Shown one piece after another: positions 9,249-17,450 of a stretch of DNA of 39,778 bases. Position 1 is the stretch's first letter, and each line of letters opens with the position of its first letter. The stretch comes from an uncultured Candidatus Saccharibacteria bacterium (GTDB lineage: Bacteria > Patescibacteriota > Dojkabacteria > SC72 > JAHDCA01): contig CAZINM010000001.1 in NCBI GenBank assembly GCA_964540605.1, positions 1-39,778 on the forward strand, in the 5' to 3' direction. A program made the translations under genes and the position numbers. The notes beneath the pieces were generated by a model. That model was not told where the DNA came from. It searched no databases and saw only the letters and a program-made list of their open reading frames with translations.

Positions 9249-9977
9249 ATGAAAAATAGAGAGAGTAAATACGAATCAAAAACAGTAGAAATAAGGAGAG
9301 TAGCTAAGGTTACTAGCGGAGGTAAAAGGCTTAGATTTAGTGCTATGGTTGTTGCTGGAGATAGAAATGGTACAGTTGGTGTAGGTTTGGGAAGGGGTGT
9401 TGATACAAGAAGCGCTATTGAAAAAGCTACAAGACAAGCTGAGAAAGCTGCACGAAAGATCCAATTGATAGGTGATACTATACCTCATGAGATCAAACAC
9501 AAGTCTGGTGCTGCAGAAGTTCTTTTAAGACCTGCACGACCTGGTACAGGAGTTATAGCTGGATCATCAGTAAGAACAGTTCTTGAACTTTGTGGTATTG
9601 ATAATGTTTATGGAAAGATGCTTGGATCTAACAATATAATAATGAATACATACTGTACTTTCGAAGCTTTGCAAGTACTAAGAAGTGGTAGAGTTCTTGA
9701 GAAGATGCATAAAATGAAAGATAGGTTACATCTAAAAGAGCAGTTAGATGCAGAAAGAAAAAAGCGAGAGTCTTTGATCAGGAAAAAGAGTGAAGATTCT
9801 AAGAAAAAAGGTAAGAATGATAGAAAAGATAAAAAATATAGAAGTTTTAAAACAAAGAGATATACAGATCATAAAACAGAAGTAACACCAGCACCTACGG
9901 TAAAGCAACCCGATATAAAAGAACAAGAGGTAAAAAATGTCGAGACTACACAAGTAGAAGTAAAACCAAAAGAGTAA
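9249..9977 (+). CDS. rpsE: 30S ribosomal protein S5 (uS5) with roughly 85-residue Lys/Glu-rich C-terminal extension
   Basis: V.IRRVAKVTSGGKRLRFSAMVVAGDRNG.VG.G.G core. The tail from about nt 9711 is low-complexity K/E/R-rich. Confidence 0.93.
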   Translation: MKNRESKYESKTVEIRRVAKVTSGGKRLRFSAMVVAGDRNGTVGVGLGRGVDTRSAIEKATRQAEKAARKIQLIGDTIPHEIKHKSGAAEVLLRPARPGTGVIAGSSVRTVLELCGIDNVYGKMLGSNNIIMNTYCTFEALQVLRSGRVLEKMHKMKDRLHLKEQLDAERKKRESLIRKKSEDSKKKGKNDRKDKKYRSFKTKRYTDHKTEVTPAPTVKQPDIKEQEVKNVETTQVEVKPKE

Positions 9978-9996
9978 TATAAATCGAAATTAATAA

Positions 9997-10440
9997 ATGA
10001 AACTACACACATTGCCAGAAAGGAAAAATAGAATAAAAAAGAAGACAAGGATCGGAAGAGGTTATGGAACTGGTTCCGGTGGTCATACAGTTGGAAGAGG
10101 AACAAAAGGTCAAAAGTCACGATCTGGTCATAAATCTATGATACTTTTCGAAGGTGGTAATGTACCTTTTTACAGAAGAATGCCTAAATATCGTGGGTTT
10201 AAGAGAAATCAAAAAATATATGCACAACCTATTAATTTAGATGTGATAAACAATAACTATTCTTCAGATGAAGTTGTTTCAGTAGAAACATTAAGAGATA
10301 AAGGACTAATTAGGAAAGGTACTACAAGAGTAAAGGTTTTAAGCGGAGGCGAATTGAATAAGAAGGTTGTTATCAAAGGATTAGAATTATCTGCATCTGC
10401 GGAACAAAGTGTAATAGCATCTGGTAGTAAAGTTGAGTAA
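9997..10440 (+). CDS. rplO: 50S ribosomal protein L15 (uL15)
   Basis: MKLH.L........RIGRG.G.G.G.T.GRG.KGQK.RSG motif. It follows S5 after only 19 nt, so there is no L30 gene. Confidence 0.93.
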   Translation: MKLHTLPERKNRIKKKTRIGRGYGTGSGGHTVGRGTKGQKSRSGHKSMILFEGGNVPFYRRMPKYRGFKRNQKIYAQPINLDVINNNYSSDEVVSVETLRDKGLIRKGTTRVKVLSGGELNKKVVIKGLELSASAEQSVIASGSKVE

Positions 10441-10460
10441 AGAGTTGATTCTTTAAAAAT

Positions 10461-11732
10461 ATGTTAAATAAGACTTTAAATTCTGTTAAATCAGCATTTC
10501 GTACAAAAGAAGTGCGTGAAAGATTAGTATTTTCCTTGTTGGTAATTGTTATCTTCAGACTTTTTGCAGCTATTCCAGTTGTAGGTATCGATTCAGGTGC
10601 ACTTTCCGAATTATTCAGTAAATTAGGTGGAATTGGAGATACAATATCTACTGTTTCTGGTGGCGTTTTAGAAACAGCTTCTGTTGTTGCTATAGGACTA
10701 GGTCCATATATCAATGCTTCTATTATCCTTCAATTGTTAGGTTCAATAATACCTAAATTGGAAGAGCTCAGAAAAGAAGGTACTAATGGTAGAAGAATAA
10801 TAAGTATGTATACGCGTTATTTGACTGTACCTTTTGCAATTCTTCAATCTTTTGTTATCTATTCAACATTAAGAGGATTTGGTCTTGTAGGTGAACTGGA
10901 AACCTTACAATTGGTTGCCATGATAGCTACATTAACAGGTGGTTCATTATTTATGATGTGGTTGGGTGAGATAGTTACAGAGAAAGGTTTTGGTAGTGGT
11001 TCTTCATATCTTATTTTCCTTGGTATTGTTGCGGGTCTTCCTGGAATAGTAACTAATAATTTACGAACTGCTGATTGGGTAGATATTTTAGTATTTGTAT
11101 TGATCTTCTTACTAATGATTGCAGCTACAATATACATTACACAGGGTGAAAGAAGAGTAAATATAATGTATTCAAGAAGGGTTAGAGCTACAGGGAATCA
11201 AGATAATTATGTCCCAATGAAATTAACTCAATTTGGAGTTATGCCTGTTATCTTTGCGGTATCTTTCTTAAGTTTTCCGCAACTTATTGGTCAATTCTTA
11301 ATAAGTAAGGATTATAACGAGAATTTGACAACAATTTCTCAGACTGTTGTTGATTTCGTTTCCAACACTAATTTTCAAAATATCATGACATTTATATTAG
11401 TTGTTGCTTTTTCATTCTTTTATATCACCGTAGTATTTAATGCAGAGGAGCTTGCAGAGAATCTACAAAAACAGGGAGCTTTCATTCCTGGTATACGACC
11501 TGGCAAACAGACAGCAACATATCTACGAGGTACAAGTTTCAAGTTAACAGCTGTCGGGTCTGTATTTTTGGCTATAATAGCGATACTACCTTCGATCCTA
11601 TTACAATTGGGATTGATATCTTCATCAATAATGTCTGGAACAGGTTTGTTGATCGTTATTGGTGTGATACTTGAAGTTAAACGACAGATCGAATCTATGA
11701 TTGTTGTTAGAAGCTACGATAAATATTTATAA
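10461..11732 (+). CDS. secY: preprotein translocase subunit SecY
   Basis: 423 aa, about 10 TM segments, canonical L15-secY-adk position, with GLGPYI.ASII.QLL and ..GI.PG..T..YL blocks. Confidence 0.95.
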   Translation: MLNKTLNSVKSAFRTKEVRERLVFSLLVIVIFRLFAAIPVVGIDSGALSELFSKLGGIGDTISTVSGGVLETASVVAIGLGPYINASIILQLLGSIIPKLEELRKEGTNGRRIISMYTRYLTVPFAILQSFVIYSTLRGFGLVGELETLQLVAMIATLTGGSLFMMWLGEIVTEKGFGSGSSYLIFLGIVAGLPGIVTNNLRTADWVDILVFVLIFLLMIAATIYITQGERRVNIMYSRRVRATGNQDNYVPMKLTQFGVMPVIFAVSFLSFPQLIGQFLISKDYNENLTTISQTVVDFVSNTNFQNIMTFILVVAFSFFYITVVFNAEELAENLQKQGAFIPGIRPGKQTATYLRGTSFKLTAVGSVFLAIIAILPSILLQLGLISSSIMSGTGLLIVIGVILEVKRQIESMIVVRSYDKYL

Positions 11733-11739
11733 TAATCCT

Positions 11740-12405
11740 ATGGATATAAAAACAGCGATATTTCACGGACCTTCAGGTTCCGGAAAAGATACTCAATTGG
11801 ACCTCTTAGAGAGATCTATCGAATTTCAGAGAATTTCTGTCAGTGCAGTTATGGCAAAATTAAAGGAAGAGAACAACAAAACGGCAATGTTAGCGGATGA
11901 ATATGGTAAACGAGGTGAACTTTATCCTGATGAGTTAGTTTACGAAATGTTAGATATTTGGGTCTCAAGGTTAGATCCAAGTTCTAATTGGTATTTTGTT
12001 TCGCCAGTAAGAAAAGCTACTCAGATAAAGCTTTTTGACGATTTATTAAGGAAATTCGATCGAGAATTGGATCTATTTGTACATTTTGATCTTTCAGAAG
12101 GTTCAGCAATAGAGAGAATGTCATTAAGAACCTATTGCCCTATTTGTTCTGCTACATATCATTCAAAGTATAAGAAAGAGAAAAATGAGGGGCTTTGTGA
12201 TAATGATGGTACGAAATTAATTACTAGAGATGATGATAAGCCCGATGCAATAAGAAAAAGGCTTTCTTGGTATAAAGATGAGATCACACCTATTTTAGAC
12301 GAGTATAGACAAAGAGGAGTATTATTGGAAATTGATGCATCTCCTTCAATTCAAGAGATCCAAAAAGATCTATTATCCAGAATGAAAGAGTATGAAAAAA
12401 GATAA
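11740..12405 (+). CDS. adk: adenylate kinase (divergent; zinc-lid type)
   Basis: GPSGSGKDTQ P-loop, a CPIC....CDNDG zinc lid, RDDDK, and the secY-adk-map position. ATG at 11740 is preferred over the TTG at 11701. Confidence 0.85.
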   Translation: MDIKTAIFHGPSGSGKDTQLDLLERSIEFQRISVSAVMAKLKEENNKTAMLADEYGKRGELYPDELVYEMLDIWVSRLDPSSNWYFVSPVRKATQIKLFDDLLRKFDRELDLFVHFDLSEGSAIERMSLRTYCPICSATYHSKYKKEKNEGLCDNDGTKLITRDDDKPDAIRKRLSWYKDEITPILDEYRQRGVLLEIDASPSIQEIQKDLLSRMKEYEKR

Positions 12406-13138
12406 TCAAGAGATCAAAATTGAAAAGATGACCCAATCTGCACAAATATGCTCAGAGATATTCGATAAAGTCATTTCAGAAGTTAAAGCGGGGGTTTCCT
12501 TGAAATATCTTGATGAAATAGCTGAATATGAGTGTAAAAAACACTCTGTAAAACCTGCGTTTAAAGGTTATGGTGGGTTTCCTGCGACGATATGTACAGG
12601 GGTAAATGATATTGTAGTTCACGGTATTCCAGACGACTACATCTTAGTAGATGGTGACATTGTAAGTGTCGATTTCGGTATTAAATACGAGGATGTATTC
12701 AGTGATATGGCAAAAACATTAGGTATAGGCACAATTACTCCAAACGCAAAAAAACTATTAGAAGCTACTAAAGAAGCCTTATTTGCAGGTATTAATGCGG
12801 CAAAAACTGGTAATACTGTCGGAGATATTGGAAATGCTATAGAATCAGTTGCAAAACGAAATGGGTTCTCAGTTGTCAGAGAGATGGTTGGACATGGAAT
12901 AGGGTATGATCTTCATGAAGAACCAAACATACCAGGATATGGTAGAAAAGGTTCCGGAGATAAGCTTTATTCAGGTCAAACAATTGCTATAGAGGCAATA
13001 ATTAATGAAGGTAGTCCAGATATTTTTGTAGACAGTGACGATGACTGGACAACTTTTACGGAAGATGGTATGCTCTCAGCACTTTTTGAACATACCGTTA
13101 TAGTTGACAATAAGCCAACTATTTTAACGGCTTGGTAA
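12392..13138 (+). CDS. map: methionine aminopeptidase, type I
   Basis: EIKIEKM.. start, VVHGIP...L..GDIVSVD, and GHGIG...HE.P.IP metal-ligand blocks. Confidence 0.93.
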   Translation: MKKDNQEIKIEKMTQSAQICSEIFDKVISEVKAGVSLKYLDEIAEYECKKHSVKPAFKGYGGFPATICTGVNDIVVHGIPDDYILVDGDIVSVDFGIKYEDVFSDMAKTLGIGTITPNAKKLLEATKEALFAGINAAKTGNTVGDIGNAIESVAKRNGFSVVREMVGHGIGYDLHEEPNIPGYGRKGSGDKLYSGQTIAIEAIINEGSPDIFVDSDDDWTTFTEDGMLSALFEHTVIVDNKPTILTAW

Positions 13139-13166
13139 TTGCATATCCTAATTACCTTTGATATAA
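13138..13166 (+). promoter_or_regulatory. near-consensus sigma70 promoter (extended -10) upstream of infA
   Basis: TTGCAT (13138-13143), 17-nt spacer ending in TGa, then TATAAT (13161-13166). It lies in the 75-nt gap between map and infA. Confidence 0.6.
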
Positions 13167-13213
13167 TCCGAAGGTTTTAGGTATAACTAATATATAAGGG
13201 GTTTTTAAGCTTA

Positions 13214-13465
13214 ATGCCTGAAAACGAAGAGCAGATCAAGGATAGTAAACGGGTTGTAGAGGTAGATGGTGTTGTTAAAGAGTGTCTACCAAATACAAAG
13301 TTTATTGTGGAGATAGATGTGAACGGAAATAAGCACGATATTACCGGGTATCTTTCTGGTAAAATGAGGATGTTTTACATTCGAATCCTTGAAGGAGATA
13401 AAGTTAAGCTTGAGATAACTCCTTATGATCCGACTCAGGGTCGTATTGTTTATAGATATAAATAG
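13214..13465 (+). CDS. infA: translation initiation factor IF-1
   Basis: ..V.E.LPN..F.VE......[10 protein letters not shown]...IRIL.GDKV..E..PYD...GRI.YRYK S1-like fold. Confidence 0.93.
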   Translation: MPENEEQIKDSKRVVEVDGVVKECLPNTKFIVEIDVNGNKHDITGYLSGKMRMFYIRILEGDKVKLEITPYDPTQGRIVYRYK

Positions 13466-13477
13466 AAAACCAAAATT

Positions 13478-13594
13478 ATGAAGGTACAGTCGTCAGTAAA
13501 AAAAAGGTGCAGGAATTGCTATGTAGTTAGGAGAAAAGGTAGAGTTTATGTCTACTGCAAGAAAGATCCTAAACATAAACAAAGACAAGGTTAA
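13478..13594 (+). CDS. rpmJ: 50S ribosomal protein L36 (bL36), zinc-binding form; not in the supplied ORF track
   Basis: Manual translation gives [38 protein letters not shown] (38 aa, C11/C14/C27/H33). Canonical infA-rpmJ-rpsM position. Confidence 0.9.
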   Translation: MKVQSSVKKRCRNCYVVRRKGRVYVYCKKDPKHKQRQG

Positions 13595-13611
13595 TATTTT
13601 TATATTTAAAA

Positions 13612-13995
13612 ATGGCTAGAATAGCAGGTATTGAAATTCCAGATAATAAAGTATTAAAGGTAGCGTTAACCTACATTTATGGTGTCGGAGATACAGCTTC
13701 AGGATCAATTATAAAAGAACTAAAACTTGATCCAACAGTAAGAGTTAAAGAACTATCTGAAACAGAATTGAATGATCTAAGAAAATATATTGAAGAGAAT
13801 CTCGAAGTAGAAGGTGAATTAAGACAAAAAGTTTTTAGAAATATTAAAAGGTTAAAAGATATTAGAGCATACCGTGGTATCAGACATAAACTTGGTCTAC
13901 CAGTTAGAGGTCAAAGGACAAGAGTAAATGCCAGAACCAGAAAAGGAAAGTCTCAACCTATTGGTGGATTGAAACAAAAGATCAGTAAGACATAA
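13612..13995 (+). CDS. rpsM: 30S ribosomal protein S13 (uS13)
   Basis: MARIAGIEIP.NK.....LTYIYG.G N-terminus and YRG.RH..GLPVRGQRT..NART.KG. Confidence 0.95.
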   Translation: MARIAGIEIPDNKVLKVALTYIYGVGDTASGSIIKELKLDPTVRVKELSETELNDLRKYIEENLEVEGELRQKVFRNIKRLKDIRAYRGIRHKLGLPVRGQRTRVNARTRKGKSQPIGGLKQKISKT

Positions 13996-14013
13996 AATTT
14001 ATAATTATTAGAA

Positions 14014-14421
14014 GTGGATAAAGAAAAGAAAGTAATAAAAGTAAAAGAAGTAACAAAGAAGAAGAAAAAGATATCTGTAGATTCAGGTAGAGCCTATGTT
14101 CAGGCTACTTTTAATAATACAATTATTACTTTAACTGATGGTGAGGGTAATACTCTTGTACAAAGCAGTCCAAGTGCTGTTGGTTTTAGTGGATCGAAAA
14201 GGAGCACTGCTTTTGCTGCAACAAAAGCTGCAAAAGAAGCTGCTATGTCAGCAATTAAGAAATATGGATTGAAAGAGGTGAAAGTTTATATTTCTGGTGT
14301 CGGCACAGGTAGGAATGCTGCTGTAAAAGGGCTTGATAGTGCCGGATTGAGGATCACTTATTTAGCAGATAGAACGCCTATTGCGCATAATGGCTGCAGA
14401 GCAAAGAGAATGCCATCATAG
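14014..14421 (+). CDS. rpsK: 30S ribosomal protein S11 (uS11)
   Basis: G.AYVQATFNNTIITLTD..GN and TP.AHNGCR..K block. GTG start. Confidence 0.95.
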   Translation: MDKEKKVIKVKEVTKKKKKISVDSGRAYVQATFNNTIITLTDGEGNTLVQSSPSAVGFSGSKRSTAFAATKAAKEAAMSAIKKYGLKEVKVYISGVGTGRNAAVKGLDSAGLRITYLADRTPIAHNGCRAKRMPS

Positions 14422-14443
14422 TATTTATTTAAATAAACAGATA

Positions 14444-15055
14444 ATGGGAAGATATACAGGACCAAAAGAAAAATTAAGTAGAAGAGAAGGAGTTAACTTG
14501 TTCCTTAAAGGATCGAGATCTTTTTCAGAAAAGAATGGAGTCGAAAGAAGGCCTTTTGCTCCAGGACAACATGGTAACAAAAGAAGGGCTAGATTGTCTA
14601 ACTATGGTTTACAATTAAGGGAGAAGCAGAAAGTTAAGAGAATCTATGGAATGAGAGAGAGACAATTCAACAATGCATATCACGAAGCAAATAGAAGATC
14701 AAAGGTAAACAATTCTGATAAAGGAATGGAACTTTTAACTTTGCTTGAGACTAGATTGGACAATGTTGTTTATGTATTAGGTCTTGCACCTTCCAGATCA
14801 GCAGCAAGACAATATGTTACTCACAAGCATGTGAAGGTTAATGGAAAAACTTTAAATATTCCTTCTCATAATGTTTCAATTGGGGATCTTATCGAGCTTA
14901 AAAAAGCTTCATTAGCTCCTCAAGAAAAATTGGTTACTACTCCTCAGTGGTTATCACAAGAAAAAACTGCAGGAAAAGTAATAGGACTTCCTTCGAGAGA
15001 GGATGTAGATCCTGGTATCAAGGAAAACTTAATTATTGAGTTCTATTCTAGATAA
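14444..15055 (+). CDS. rpsD: 30S ribosomal protein S4 (uS4)
   Basis: MGRYTGPKEKLSRREG.NLFLKG N-terminus plus an S4 RNA-binding domain (RLDNVVY.LG.A.SR..ARQ.V.H.H..VNG). ATG at 14444. Confidence 0.95.
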   Translation: MGRYTGPKEKLSRREGVNLFLKGSRSFSEKNGVERRPFAPGQHGNKRRARLSNYGLQLREKQKVKRIYGMRERQFNNAYHEANRRSKVNNSDKGMELLTLLETRLDNVVYVLGLAPSRSAARQYVTHKHVKVNGKTLNIPSHNVSIGDLIELKKASLAPQEKLVTTPQWLSQEKTAGKVIGLPSREDVDPGIKENLIIEFYSR

Positions 15056-15075
15056 GATTAGTTAAATGTAAGTTA

Positions 15076-16041
15076 ATGATTGATTTTAAAGATCTCACAG
15101 TAAAAATTCTTAAGGAAGAGGGTCATATGGGTGAATATGAGATTTCACCATTACCTACCGGATACGGTAACACATTAGCAAATTCTTTAAGAAGAATATT
15201 ATTATCTAGCCTTCAAGGGGCCGCAGTCACAAGCTTGAGAATTGCAGGCGTAGATCATGAATATACAACCATCGAAGGTATGAAAGAGGATGTTATAGAG
15301 TTAATCATGAATGTTAAAGCACTCGATTTTAAGTGTATGAGTGATGATCCTCAAATTTGCACATTAAGACTTTCAGGGAAAAGAGAGGTTACAGGTAAAG
15401 ATATTAAAACTAGTGGTGCTGTCGAAGTTACAAATCCTGAAATACATTTGGCTACTTTAACATCTGCTGATTCAGAATTAGAATTGGAAATAGTTGTAGA
15501 AAAAGGTGTTGGTTATAGACCAGCTGATGAAATGAGAGCAGAAATGGGAAGAATTCCAGTTGATGCTGATTTTTCACCAGTAAAGCTCGTGAAATTTGAT
15601 GTTGTGAATGCAAGAAAAGGTCAATCTACAAATCTTGATGCAGTTGTTATGACAGTAGAGACAAACGGTTCTGTTACACCTCAAGATGCATTGTTAAACT
15701 CTGCAAAGATATTACAAGAATTCGCAGGAAAAGTTATGGGAGCTTTAGGAGTACCTATTAAAGAGGTTGAAGAAGCAGCTGAGGCATCAAGAACTGTTGA
15801 GGTAGCAAATAGTGATGAAGATTCAGGTGTAAGTGAGGAAGTTTTAGCATGGAAAATTGAAGATCTGCCAATATCCAAGAGATCAAAATCTGGATTAATT
15901 AGTGGTGGATATGATACTATCGGCTCTTTGAGAGATGCTGCGACTACCGATCTTTTGAATCTCCCTGGATTTGGTAACAAATCTTTAAGTGAGGTCATTG
16001 ATCTTCTCGGACAATATGGAATTGAATTAAAGTCAGAATAA
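15076..16041 (+). CDS. rpoA: DNA-directed RNA polymerase subunit alpha
   Basis: G.YEI.PL..GYGNTLANSLRRILLSSL.GAAVT...I.GV.HEY..I.G..EDV N-terminal domain. C-terminal domain has I.DL..S.RS...L helix-hairpin-helix. Confidence 0.95.
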   Translation: MIDFKDLTVKILKEEGHMGEYEISPLPTGYGNTLANSLRRILLSSLQGAAVTSLRIAGVDHEYTTIEGMKEDVIELIMNVKALDFKCMSDDPQICTLRLSGKREVTGKDIKTSGAVEVTNPEIHLATLTSADSELELEIVVEKGVGYRPADEMRAEMGRIPVDADFSPVKLVKFDVVNARKGQSTNLDAVVMTVETNGSVTPQDALLNSAKILQEFAGKVMGALGVPIKEVEEAAEASRTVEVANSDEDSGVSEEVLAWKIEDLPISKRSKSGLISGGYDTIGSLRDAATTDLLNLPGFGNKSLSEVIDLLGQYGIELKSE

Positions 16042-16048
16042 TCGATCT

Positions 16049-16582
16049 ATGTATAAACTAGGAGGAAAAAGAAAATTAGGTAAAAAGGCTTCTCATAGGG
16101 AATCTATGATAAATAACCAGTTGAGGTCTCTTTTGAATGAATCAAAGGTTGTTACAACGACCTCAAAAGCTAAAGTGCTTAAAGCAAATGCTGATTCATT
16201 AATTGCAATTCTCAAGGGTAATAAAAGTGAAGAGTCAATAACCAGGATGCTTGTAGATTATGTATCTGATGAGAAGATAATTAAAAAACTTATTGCTTAT
16301 ATTTCTGGAACACCAGCAGTTAAAATTGTTAAGGTGGGATTTAGAAGTGGTGATAATGGTGAAGTTTCAAAAGTATACTTACCAGGACTAGATCTAAAAG
16401 AAAAGAAAGCAAAACGAGGTAAATCTGCTGATGAAAAGAAGAAAGTAGAAGCTAAAGAGAAAGAAGAGGCTACTGCAGAGGTTAAAGAAGAAAAAGGCAC
16501 TGATAGAGTAAGAAGTATAACCAGATCGTTAAGAGATAAAGTAATCGGAAAAGAGCGAGCCAGAACAAGGTCTGGTATATAA
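16049..16582 (+). CDS. rplQ: 50S ribosomal protein L17 (bL17) with Lys/Glu-rich C-terminal extension
   Basis: KLG...SHRESM..NQLRSLL...K..TT..KAK core. About 60 extra K/E/R-rich residues begin near nt 16391. Confidence 0.9.
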   Translation: MYKLGGKRKLGKKASHRESMINNQLRSLLNESKVVTTTSKAKVLKANADSLIAILKGNKSEESITRMLVDYVSDEKIIKKLIAYISGTPAVKIVKVGFRSGDNGEVSKVYLPGLDLKEKKAKRGKSADEKKKVEAKEKEEATAEVKEEKGTDRVRSITRSLRDKVIGKERARTRSGI

Positions 16583-16599
16583 ATTAGTATTAATCAGAA

Positions 16600-17043
16600 A
16601 TGAAACAGAAAACAACTTGGATAAATGAAAATGATATAGAAAGAAAATGGCATCTAGTAGACGCTGATGGAATGATACTTGGAAGATTAGCAACAGTAAT
16701 TTCTGCACTCTTAATTGGTAAGGATAAGGTGAAGAGAGCACCAAATTTTGATTGTGGCGATTATGTTATTGTAATAAATAGCGATAAGGTTGTCTTATCT
16801 GGAAGTAAAGGTCAGAAGAAAACATATTTTAGACATAGTGGATATCCAGGAGGTGCAAAGACAATAACATTTGATGATCAGATGAAGAAAGATTCAAGAT
16901 TCGTCATAGAACATGCTGTTAACAACATGCTTCCAAATAACAAACTTAGGAGTTCTATGAAGAGTAGATTATTCGTATACAAAGGGGCAGAATATGATCA
17001 AAAGGCCCAGAAACCAGTTGAAGTTAAATTATCAGTTGAATAG
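16600..17043 (+). CDS. rplM: 50S ribosomal protein L13 (uL13)
   Basis: ..RKWHLVDA.GMILGRLAT.I...L.GK and ..HSGYPGG.K blocks. Confidence 0.95.
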   Translation: MKQKTTWINENDIERKWHLVDADGMILGRLATVISALLIGKDKVKRAPNFDCGDYVIVINSDKVVLSGSKGQKKTYFRHSGYPGGAKTITFDDQMKKDSRFVIEHAVNNMLPNNKLRSSMKSRLFVYKGAEYDQKAQKPVEVKLSVE

Positions 17044-17045
17044 AT

Positions 17046-17438
17046 GTGGCTGTAAAATATTTTGAAGGATTAGGAAGAAGAAAAACGTCCATAGCTAGAG
17101 TAAGAGTTTACGAAGGCAAAGGTAACAACATAGTTAACGACCAAACATTGGAGAAGTATTTCAATGATGTTAAATCTCAGAGCGAGTGTTTGGATCCCTT
17201 AAAAGTTGTAGGTCTTGATAAAGATCATTACTTTACAGTTGTCGTCTCAGGTGGTGGCGTAACAGGTCAGGTCGATGCAATAAGGTTAGGGATCGGTAGA
17301 GCTCTTGTTAAGAAAGATCCACTATTCAAATCTGAACTTCGAAAGAACGGATTTATGACTAGAGATCCAAGAATGGTTGAGAGAAAGAAATATAATCGAA
17401 GAAAAGCAAGAAAGAAATCTCAATTCTCAAAGAGATAG
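17046..17438 (+). CDS. rpsI: 30S ribosomal protein S9 (uS9)
   Basis: G.GRRKTS.ARVRV..G.G...VN and a basic ..KKY.RRKARK..QFSKR C-terminus. GTG start. Confidence 0.95.
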   Translation: MAVKYFEGLGRRKTSIARVRVYEGKGNNIVNDQTLEKYFNDVKSQSECLDPLKVVGLDKDHYFTVVVSGGGVTGQVDAIRLGIGRALVKKDPLFKSELRKNGFMTRDPRMVERKKYNRRKARKKSQFSKR

Positions 17439-17450
17439 ATCTTTACTATT

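Noticed and set aside
9711-9977. The uS5 C-terminal tail as a fused remnant of uL30.
   Set aside because: There is no resemblance to the uL30 sequence pattern. The composition is simple K/E/R low complexity.
679-16744. Many minus-strand ORFs of 60-130 aa inside the ribosomal-protein block (for example 679-939, 1249-1473, 3004-3240, 3849-4061, 5398-5679, 5782-6021, 6703-7092, 7155-7418, 9276-10120, 10373-11137, 15681-15998, 16297-16744).
   Set aside because: All lie antisense to strongly recognisable conserved genes. Their products are low-complexity and Phe/Ile/Ser-rich, typical of AT-rich antisense frames, and they have no motifs.
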